Positions 56,583 through 64,000 of a stretch of 64,000 nt of DNA are shown one piece after another. The DNA comes from an uncultured Candidatus Saccharibacteria bacterium (GTDB lineage Bacteria; Patescibacteriota; Minisyncoccia; Phycocordibacterales; PALSA-1337), in assembly GCA_964558375.1 (NCBI GenBank), contig CAZLCD010000001.1, forward strand, positions 131,406-195,405, given 5' to 3'. The notes under the pieces were generated by a model. It saw nothing but the letters and a program-made list of their open reading frames with translations, did not search any database and was not told the origin of the DNA. The position numbers and the translations under genes are program-made. Position 1 is the stretch's first letter. Every line of letters starts with the position of its first letter.

Positions 56583-57168
56583 GAGTTTTCTTGGCTTCAT
56601 TTAATGTACTGCCTGTTGTTGTAACATCATCGATAATGATGATGTTATTTTCAATTTGAATTTTATTTCTTACTTCAAAAATATTCTTAACATTAACCAA
56701 TCGCTCGCTCCTATTTTTCAAAGTCTGCTTCTCTATATCCTTTATTCTAAATAATAAATTAAAATTCTTTACAAATTTACCACCTGTTTCTTTTTCTGTA
56801 TCTAATTTAATAATCTCATCTATTAGTAACTCACATTGATTGTACCCTCTCTCTTTTCTGCGATTCTTGGATATAGATATAGGGATTAAAGTGGCGCCAT
56901 GAGGATATCTGAATTTCAGTTCATTGTACAAAGCGTAAGCAGCGATTTCTACAGCATGTTTGTCCTTTTTATACTTGATCTGCCATATAAGTTCTCTCAC
57001 CAGAGGGTTTTTGTAAGAGAAAATAGAAAATTGCGCGGCATCCCTGTATTTCTTTAAAAAATCTGCAGGGGAAAGCTTTCTCAATTCTAAAACGAATTGA
57101 TTGGGTGGAAATAAAAAGTCGATAATAGCAACAACGCCTTGTTTTAAAAAATATACAAATCTATTCAT
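56533..57168 (-). CDS. comF: ComF(C)-family phosphoribosyltransferase-like competence protein
   Basis: ERGYNQ, R..N, IIDDVTTTGSTL; N-terminal Zn-finger cysteines absent. Confidence 0.88.
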   Translation of the reverse strand: MNRFVYFLKQGVVAIIDFLFPPNQFVLELRKLSPADFLKKYRDAAQFSIFSYKNPLVRELIWQIKYKKDKHAVEIAAYALYNELKFRYPHGATLIPISISKNRRKERGYNQCELLIDEIIKLDTEKETGGKFVKNFNLLFRIKDIEKQTLKNRSERLVNVKNIFEVRNKIQIENNIIIIDDVTTTGSTLNEAKKTLIEAGYLDVECLTIAY

Positions 57169-57205
57169 TATATGATTTTATACTATATGTTATAATATTT
57201 CACAT

Positions 57206-58321
57206 ATGAATATCTCTTCAATCTTCGCGTCCATATTCTCCGGGAAAAACAAAAGTGTTTTGGGAGTAGATATTGGTTCTTCAGCTATAAAGGTTGTTCA
57301 AATCAAGAAAAAAAGGGGTAGGGCGGTGCTTGAAACCTATGGTGAACTGGCTCTCGGACCTTATGCTGGCATAGAAGTAGGTAGATCCACCCAATTGCCA
57401 AATGAGAAAATCATAGAAGCTTTGCGGGATATTTTGAGAGAAGCCAAGACTACCACAGTGTCGGCGGGAGTGGCTTTACCATTGTCTTCAAGCTTGATCT
57501 CTTTTATCACCATCCCTCCCGTGGCTGACAAACAAATGGCTGACGTTATAGCCATCGAAGCTCGCAAATACATACCGGTACCTATGAATGAGGTAATGCT
57601 CGATTATTCTCTTATACCTCGAGAAGATACATATTCTACAGATGAGACTAGTCCCCAAAATCAGGTTCAGAAGCAAAGCCAAGACGTGCTTGTGATTGCC
57701 ATACACAATGAATATATCAACAATTATCAGACTATCACGAAAGGTTCAGGCCTAGATACCTCTTTTTATGAAATAGAGCTATTTAGTTCTATCCGCGCGG
57801 TTGTGGATCAAGGTATACAAAGTGTCATGATTATCGATATGGGTGCGCACACCACAAAGCTTTACATAATCGAAAGAGGTATCCTTCGTGCTTCTCACAT
57901 TATCAATCGAGGTTCTCAAGATTTAACTTTAGCTATTTCAAAATCATTAACCTTAAATATCAATGAAGCCGAAAATCTCAAAAGGGTTCACGGACTCAAA
58001 GGTGGACCAGAATACAAAGAATTGACCGAGATAATAACCATCAACCTTGACTACGTTTTCTATGAAGCCAATGCCACCTTGCTCAATTATCAGAAAAAGT
58101 ACATGAAAAATATAGCCAAGGTCATTCTCACTGGAGGTGGAGTCTTACTCAAAGGCTTTGTAGACCTTGCTCGTATAAGCTTTCAAACCGAAGTGGTGTA
58201 TGCAGACCCTTTTGGTCGATTAGAGACACCGGCATTCTTGGCTGAAGAGTTTTCTCAGGCAGGTCCGGAGTTCGCGGTAGCTATTGGTTGTGCCCTAAGA
58301 AGGCTTTCCGAAATCGAATAA
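57206..58321 (+). CDS. pilM: Type IV pilus assembly protein PilM
   Basis: GVDIGSSAIKVV, EARKYIP, IDMG..TT, LTGGG, A.G.ALR. Confidence 0.93.
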   Translation: MNISSIFASIFSGKNKSVLGVDIGSSAIKVVQIKKKRGRAVLETYGELALGPYAGIEVGRSTQLPNEKIIEALRDILREAKTTTVSAGVALPLSSSLISFITIPPVADKQMADVIAIEARKYIPVPMNEVMLDYSLIPREDTYSTDETSPQNQVQKQSQDVLVIAIHNEYINNYQTITKGSGLDTSFYEIELFSSIRAVVDQGIQSVMIIDMGAHTTKLYIIERGILRASHIINRGSQDLTLAISKSLTLNINEAENLKRVHGLKGGPEYKELTEIITINLDYVFYEANATLLNYQKKYMKNIAKVILTGGGVLLKGFVDLARISFQTEVVYADPFGRLETPAFLAEEFSQAGPEFAVAIGCALRRLSEIE

Positions 58322-58391
58322 TTATCGATCAATAGATATACACATACAACCTATCGATATTTCTTTATTATTTTAGTATACTTAGGTTTAA

Positions 58392-59024
58392 ATGGAGACT
58401 AAATTTCAAACATCGTTCATTCCAAAGAAACCTTTAATATCAGATCCAAAGATCAGGACTGGTGGAGGTAGAACTAGTATATTGATGTTAATCTCTATGC
58501 TGGTTTTTGTAGCTTCGGTTGCTGGAGCAGCTTATTCTTTCCTTTGGAAAGGTGTACTTATAGAGGCTCAAGAGGATTATAAGCTAAGATTAGCCGAAAA
58601 TGACAAAAGATTCGACACTACTCTCATTGAAAATCTCAAAAAAGCAAATATTAAAATAGACACTAGTAAGAAATTATTAAAAAATCACTTAGCCGTATCA
58701 GAAATTTTCGCTATTATCAGTGACCTTACTATCTCTGGGGTAAGGTTTACGAGCTTCGACTTTTCTGGTCCAGAAAAGGAGGGGGATGATATAAAAATAT
58801 CCATGAAAGGTATTGGTAATAGCTTCAATGATATCGCATTTCAATCCTTGGTCTTCGGAACTTCAGAGAAATACGGCACCAACAAAATTCTCAAAAACCC
58901 AATACTTTCTGACTTGGTGGTCGATACAAATGGCAAAGTCGGCTTTACATTTACCACAAGTGTAAAATCTGAAGACTTACTTTACGATAAAGCACTTGAA
59001 GCTTCTTTAAATTCTACCCAATAA
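58392..59024 (+). CDS. PilN-like protein
   Basis: QTSFIPK N-terminus, single TM, coiled-coil; directly after pilM. Confidence 0.75.
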   Translation: METKFQTSFIPKKPLISDPKIRTGGGRTSILMLISMLVFVASVAGAAYSFLWKGVLIEAQEDYKLRLAENDKRFDTTLIENLKKANIKIDTSKKLLKNHLAVSEIFAIISDLTISGVRFTSFDFSGPEKEGDDIKISMKGIGNSFNDIAFQSLVFGTSEKYGTNKILKNPILSDLVVDTNGKVGFTFTTSVKSEDLLYDKALEASLNSTQ

Positions 59025-59028
59025 CCAT

Positions 59029-59586
59029 ATGAACAAAAACGCTACACCTATAATACTTCTAATTCTCGCTATCGGTATTTACTTTACCTTTACTACAGGC
59101 AGGCTCGAAGAATTGAAGTCGATAAAGCTTGTCAATGCTGGATACGAAGAGGCACTTATAAATTCTGAGAAGCTCATAAAGGTTCGCGATACCGTGAGAG
59201 ATAATTACAATAAAATTGATCCTATTGATCGTACCAAGCTCGACAAAATGGTGCCAGACAATGTGGATAATGTACGTTTGATCATAGATGCAAACGGTAT
59301 TGCAGCCAGACGTGGGCTTTCTATAAAAAACGTAAAGACTAGCGCTACAAATATCCTATCAGGTGAAACTCCAGAGAGAGTGGAAGGTTTCAACTCAAAC
59401 CCTACGTTGGACACAGTCACTCTTTCATTTAGCGTCAATACAAGTTATCAAAATTTTATAAATCTACTCCGAGATATCGAAGCAAGTTTGCGAATCATGG
59501 ATGTTACAAAGATCACCTTGCAAACAGGTGAGGGACAGAACTATGATTACGGAGTAGAAATTAAAACATATTGGTTAAAACAATAG
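59029..59586 (+). CDS. PilO-like protein
   Basis: TM, coiled-coil, SY.NF...L.DIE.SLR..DV. Confidence 0.8.
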   Translation: MNKNATPIILLILAIGIYFTFTTGRLEELKSIKLVNAGYEEALINSEKLIKVRDTVRDNYNKIDPIDRTKLDKMVPDNVDNVRLIIDANGIAARRGLSIKNVKTSATNILSGETPERVEGFNSNPTLDTVTLSFSVNTSYQNFINLLRDIEASLRIMDVTKITLQTGEGQNYDYGVEIKTYWLKQ

Positions 59587-59596
59587 TAAAAAATAT

Positions 59597-59917
59597 ATGA
59601 ATCAACCAAAATCAGGAACAAAAAGCACACTCATCTTTGTCGGTATAGCCGTCATCGGTTTGCTTATATATTTTTATAATCTAGGCAATGCTACAGATTC
59701 ATCTTTAAATTCTTTGGAGACTCAAGGTAGTCCAGAGTCTGTAGAGGCCTTGAATGATGGAGCAAGAGTACTTTCTCTTCTCAATCAAGTGAGCTCACTT
59801 CAGATCGACGGTTCGGTTTTTGAAACAGCAGCTTTTCGATCACTATTTGATTATTCTATAGAGATAGAACCAAGAAGTGTTGGTCGTCCAAATCCATTCG
59901 CCCCTATTTCGCAGTAG
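59597..59917 (+). CDS. Small pilus-associated protein (PilP-position)
   Basis: TM and C-terminal GRPNPFAP. Confidence 0.7.
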   Translation: MNQPKSGTKSTLIFVGIAVIGLLIYFYNLGNATDSSLNSLETQGSPESVEALNDGARVLSLLNQVSSLQIDGSVFETAAFRSLFDYSIEIEPRSVGRPNPFAPISQ

Positions 59918-59928
59918 TTATAAAATAT

Positions 59929-61644
59929 ATGAGCATCATAGACATACTTTTAAGTAAAAATCTTATAAACAAAGATGATATCCGCGATTTGAGACGCGGT
60001 ATGGCTGAAGGCGATACTATAGACAAAGTTCTAATCGCCAAAGGAGTTCATCCAGAAGATATCTTGGCTGCACGCGGGGAGTTTTTAAATATTCCTACGA
60101 AGGTTATCGGAGATGCCAATGTTCCTTTTGAAGCACTAGACTATATTCCCGAAGAATCGGCAACGCATTATAAGTTTGTACCGATCGGTATAAAGGAAGG
60201 TGTGCTTGAGGTGGGTATTGTCGATCCAGACAATATAGAGGCTCGTGATGCACTAAACTTCATTGCCGCTAAAAATAATATTCCGTATAAGATATATATA
60301 ATAAATATAGATGACTTCAAAAGGGTTATAGATTTGTATAAGGGTATGGGTGGAGAGGTATCAAAAGCTTTGTCCGAACTAGAAAATGTTCTATCTGTAG
60401 ATCTCGAAGGAACCATTGATACAAAAAATGCAAAGTCTGAACCAAAGTCCGATGCCATAATCATCGAAGATGCACCAGTGGTCAAAATCGTGGCAACTAT
60501 TGTTCGCTATGCAACTGAAGGTAATGCTTCTGATGTGCACATAGAACATATGCGAGAGAAAATCCGCGTAAGATTCCGTGTAGATGGTGTATTAAACACA
60601 AGTTTGGTCCTACCGCCACAAGTTCATAGCTCGGTAGTAGCTCGTATCAAAGTTCTATCCAATATGAAACTCGATGAAAAGAGAAAGCCGCAAGACGGAC
60701 GTTTCTCTGCACGTATCGATGGTCGTAAGATCGACTTTCGAGTATCTACTTTTCCTGCTTTCTACGGTGAGAAGGTGGTGATGCGTATTCTTGATCAAGA
60801 AAAAGGTGTAAAGAAGCTTGATGATATGGGACTCACTCCAAAAAACTTGGCCTATGTAAAAGATGCTATTCAAAGACCTTATGGTCTCATTCTCATAACC
60901 GGTCCTACAGGTTCTGGAAAATCTACAACTCTTTATTCTATGTTAAATGAAGTGGATCGCGAAGGTTCAAATGTACTTTCTCTTGAAGATCCTATCGAAT
61001 ATAACATGGATGGTGTTAGTCAATCTCAAGTACGTCCTGAAATAGGTTATACATTTGCGTCCGGACTAAGAACAACATTGAGACAAGACCCGGATGTGAT
61101 CATGGTGGGAGAGATCCGAGATAAAGAGACTGCGCAGCTTGCTGTGCAAGCTGCGCTTACTGGCCACCTTGTGTTTTCGACTTTACATACGAACAATGCT
61201 GCCGGCGTCATCCCTCGTCTTATAGACATGGGTGTGGATCCTTTCCTCATCGCCCCAACTCTTATCTTGGCTGTGGCGCAGAGACTAGTGGGAACCTTGC
61301 CACCTGGAGCAGGTAAGCCTATACCAGTTGATGGAAGTATAAAGATGATGATAGACAAGCAATTCTCAGATCTGCCAGAACAGTACAAAGCCGATATACC
61401 ATTCTCTGATACTGTGTATGGTATCGCTCCGACGCCTGATTGTCCAAAGGGTACCAGAGGACGTATGGCTGTCTTTGAAGCTTTCAAAATGGATAAGGAA
61501 ATTGAAAGTGTGATTTTGAAAAATCCTACAGAACTTGAGATCAGTCGACTTCTCAGACAGAAAGGAATGCTCACTATGAAAGAGGATGCGATAATTAAAG
61601 CCTTCCAGAGAGTTGCACCATTTGAGGAAGTGAATAAACTCTAG
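59929..61644 (+). CDS. pilB: Type IV pilus assembly ATPase PilB (copy 2)
   Basis: ASDVHIE, PQDGRF, GPTGSGKS, RQDPDVIMVGEIRD, STLHTN. Confidence 0.93.
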   Translation: MSIIDILLSKNLINKDDIRDLRRGMAEGDTIDKVLIAKGVHPEDILAARGEFLNIPTKVIGDANVPFEALDYIPEESATHYKFVPIGIKEGVLEVGIVDPDNIEARDALNFIAAKNNIPYKIYIINIDDFKRVIDLYKGMGGEVSKALSELENVLSVDLEGTIDTKNAKSEPKSDAIIIEDAPVVKIVATIVRYATEGNASDVHIEHMREKIRVRFRVDGVLNTSLVLPPQVHSSVVARIKVLSNMKLDEKRKPQDGRFSARIDGRKIDFRVSTFPAFYGEKVVMRILDQEKGVKKLDDMGLTPKNLAYVKDAIQRPYGLILITGPTGSGKSTTLYSMLNEVDREGSNVLSLEDPIEYNMDGVSQSQVRPEIGYTFASGLRTTLRQDPDVIMVGEIRDKETAQLAVQAALTGHLVFSTLHTNNAAGVIPRLIDMGVDPFLIAPTLILAVAQRLVGTLPPGAGKPIPVDGSIKMMIDKQFSDLPEQYKADIPFSDTVYGIAPTPDCPKGTRGRMAVFEAFKMDKEIESVILKNPTELEISRLLRQKGMLTMKEDAIIKAFQRVAPFEEVNKL

Positions 61645-61656
61645 TATAATTATCAT

Positions 61657-62058
61657 ATGGACACCATAAAAACTATTCTCTTTGTCGATGACGATAAGTT
61701 CTTACTAGATATGTATGCTTTGAAGTTTTCCAAAAATAATTTCAAAGTGAGCACCGCTACTTCTCCAGATGAGGCATTGAAAATCCTTCGAAGCGGGCTC
61801 AATCCAGATATTTTACTCCTCGATGTGGTGATGCCCGGCTTAGATGGAGTAGATCTACTGACTATTATCAGAAAAGAAAATTTGGCTAAAGGTAGTTTGG
61901 TTATCATGCTTACGAATCAAGGTTTACCGGACGATATAGCCAAGGCCAAGAAGCTCAATGTGGATAGTTATATTATAAAATCGACAACCGTTCCTTCCGA
62001 AGTTTTGGCTGAAGTTATAAAAAACTATGAAGCTCATCAAAAAAATAATTTAAAATAA
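61657..62058 (+). CDS. Single-domain response regulator (CheY-like)
   Basis: FVDDD, LLDVVMP..DG, MLTN, YIIK. Confidence 0.92.
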   Translation: MDTIKTILFVDDDKFLLDMYALKFSKNNFKVSTATSPDEALKILRSGLNPDILLLDVVMPGLDGVDLLTIIRKENLAKGSLVIMLTNQGLPDDIAKAKKLNVDSYIIKSTTVPSEVLAEVIKNYEAHQKNNLK

Positions 62059-62059
62059 T

Positions 62060-63118
62060 ATGGATTATACAAAAGAAATTGAAAAGCTTGTAAAGATAGT
62101 CATAGATGCTGGAGCCTCCGATCTCCATCTTTCTGATGATAGAATCCCAGCTATACGTGTGTCTAGTGCTCTCATTCCTCTTGTCAAAAATCCAAAGCTT
62201 ACACCTGTAGATATGCAGGGATTTCTCAATGTCTTTCTAAGTGAAGCCAATAAGATTTTGTTGGAAAAGGATAAAGATGTAGACTTTTCTTATAATCTTG
62301 TGGACAGTCGTTTCCGTGGCAATGCGTATTATCGTCAAGGAATGGTCTCTATTGCCCTTCGACTTATCCCAAAGAAAATCAGAACTTTGGCAGAATTGAA
62401 CCTTCCGCCGATTCTTGAATCTTTTACTAGAAAGCAGCAAGGATTCTTCTTGGTGGTTGGACCTATTGGTCAGGGAAAGTCCACAACCCTTGCTTCTCTG
62501 ATAGAGATGATTAATCAGACTAGAACAGAACATATCATGACTATCGAAGATCCTGTCGAATATCTTTATGAATCCAAAAAATCCATCATTGATCAAAGAG
62601 AGGTCAGAATAGACACTCCAGATTTCAAAGATGCTTTGATCTCCATGTTCAGACAAGATATAGATGTCTGTCTTGTGGGTGAGATGAGAGATATAGAAAC
62701 CATAGCCACAGCAGTGACGGCGGCAGAGACGGGGCACCTTGTGTTCTCTACTTTACATACAAACAATGCCGCTCAGACTATAAACCGTATCATAGATTCA
62801 TTCCCAGGTGGGCAGCAAGATCAGATCCGAGTACAGCTTGCTAGTAGTCTCACTGGAATCTTTTCACAGAGACTAGTACCGCGTATTTCTGGTGGACTGA
62901 TACCAGCTTATGAACTTCTTATAAACAACAGTGCTATCTCGAACCTCATCCGTGAAAAAAGAGTTCACGAGATCAACACGGTGATAGAGACAAGTTCTGG
63001 TGATGGTATGATAGATATGAACCGATCCTTGGCTGAGCTTGTAAGAACAGGACAGATCAGTGTGGAGAATGCATATCTGAATTCTAGTAATCCAAAGAAT
63101 TTGGAGAGAATGGTTTAA
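62060..63118 (+). CDS. pilT: Type IV pilus retraction ATPase PilT
   Basis: ASDLHL, GP.GQGKSTT, QREV, GEMRD, AAETGHL, AISNLIRE. Confidence 0.94.
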   Translation: MDYTKEIEKLVKIVIDAGASDLHLSDDRIPAIRVSSALIPLVKNPKLTPVDMQGFLNVFLSEANKILLEKDKDVDFSYNLVDSRFRGNAYYRQGMVSIALRLIPKKIRTLAELNLPPILESFTRKQQGFFLVVGPIGQGKSTTLASLIEMINQTRTEHIMTIEDPVEYLYESKKSIIDQREVRIDTPDFKDALISMFRQDIDVCLVGEMRDIETIATAVTAAETGHLVFSTLHTNNAAQTINRIIDSFPGGQQDQIRVQLASSLTGIFSQRLVPRISGGLIPAYELLINNSAISNLIREKRVHEINTVIETSSGDGMIDMNRSLAELVRTGQISVENAYLNSSNPKNLERMV

Positions 63119-63136
63119 TTATTTAATTTTTAAAAT

Positions 63137-64000
63137 ATGTTATTTATTTATCAAGCAGTAGATCAAACAGGTGCACCGAAGAATGGATCCGTCGATGCTG
63201 TAAATGTCGATATCGCTATATCTTCGTTACAGAGAAGGGGATTCGTTATCACCTCTATACATGAAGAAGGAGAGAACAAGGGTATTCTTTCGATGAAAAT
63301 CTCTTGGCTTGAAAGAGTGTCGAACAAAGATGTGGTGATCTTGTCTAGACAACTAGCAACTCTTTTTGAAGCACAGATCTCTGCATTGCGTATCTTTAGA
63401 CTTCTGTCTTCAGAAACAGAAAATAAAGTTTTGGGAAGCAAGCTCCTTGTGATCGCTGATGATCTTCAGGCTGGAAGTCAGATCTCTGCGGCGCTAGCCA
63501 AACATCCAAAAGTCTTCTCGGACTTTTATGTGAGTATGGTAAAGGCAGGTGAAGAGTCTGGTAAGCTCAATGAAACCTTCGGCTACCTTGCGGACTACCT
63601 TGACCGCACTTATGAGCTTGTGTCCAAAGCGAAGGGTGCACTTATCTATCCTGCCTTCGTGGTTATGACCTTTATCACCGTTATGATCCTCATGTTCACT
63701 ATGGTTATTCCTAAAATCAGCTCTATTTTGGTGGAGTCTGGTCAAGAAATCCCTGTCTATACAAAAATCGTTCTAGGTATCAGTAATTTCTTTGTAAGCT
63801 ATGGCTTCGTCATTCTTGGTCTTACCGTAATTGGCGGTTTCTTTTTATTTAAATATATTCGTACTCCAGGTGGTAAGGAGGTTTTTGATAGAGTGAAGCT
63901 CAGCATCCCTTATATCAGTAGTTTGTTCAGAAAGCTTTATTGGTCTCGTATGGCAGACAATATGAACACCATGCTTGTCTCTGGTATACCTATCATCCGC
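63137..64000 (+). CDS. pilC: PilC (copy 2), truncated by the window end
   Basis: Manual translation MLFIYQAVD...LSRQLATLF...MVKAGEESGKL...ALIYP; open to the edge. Confidence 0.9.
   Translation, partial: MLFIYQAVDQTGAPKNGSVDAVNVDIAISSLQRRGFVITSIHEEGENKGILSMKISWLERVSNKDVVILSRQLATLFEAQISALRIFRLLSSETENKVLGSKLLVIADDLQAGSQISAALAKHPKVFSDFYVSMVKAGEESGKLNETFGYLADYLDRTYELVSKAKGALIYPAFVVMTFITVMILMFTMVIPKISSILVESGQEIPVYTKIVLGISNFFVSYGFVILGLTVIGGFFLFKYIRTPGGKEVFDRVKLSIPYISSLFRKLYWSRMADNMNTMLVSGIPIIR

Noticed and set aside
313-63745. Many 60-175 aa ORFs antisense to or overlapping known genes (for example 61047..61574, 62237..62737, 46853..47338)
   Set aside because: Shadow ORFs of conserved genes, without motifs or expression signals.
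1-64000. CRISPR array, rRNA, transposase
   Set aside because: No regularly spaced direct repeats, rRNA sequence or transposase motifs seen.

Overview
A 64-kb, mostly housekeeping segment of an AT-rich bacterial chromosome (genetic code 11). Gene content and style point to Patescibacteria/CPR, Parcubacteria-like (inference): no rpmD between rpsE and rplO, few Shine-Dalgarno sites, many apparently leaderless genes, two type IV pilus/competence loci and a DUF5652-type protein. It holds the str-S10-spc ribosomal cluster, infC-rpmI-rplT, smpB-tmRNA, tRNA-Ile(UAU), tRNA-Ser(GCU), ftsH, recG, recJ, rnhA, ung, tpiA, pgk, a split comEC and comF. No CRISPR, integrase or transposase is visible. The strongest unexplained signals are: (1) an orphan PemK/MazF-like toxin with a complete antisense transcription unit (promoter, hairpins, terminator) nested in its 3' end; (2) a 117-bp palindromic element inserted in frame in recG; (3) an EF-Tu whose switch I lacks RGITI and resembles planctomycete EF-Tu; (4) an AT-rich cassette (exporter, Cys-rich membrane protein, unknown protein) between two paralogous membrane sensor kinases; (5) several unannotated structured RNAs (6S-like, one inside the spc operon, one after tRNA-Ser); (6) seven self-contained orphan gene units. 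All family calls come from motif recognition by eye; no searches were run.
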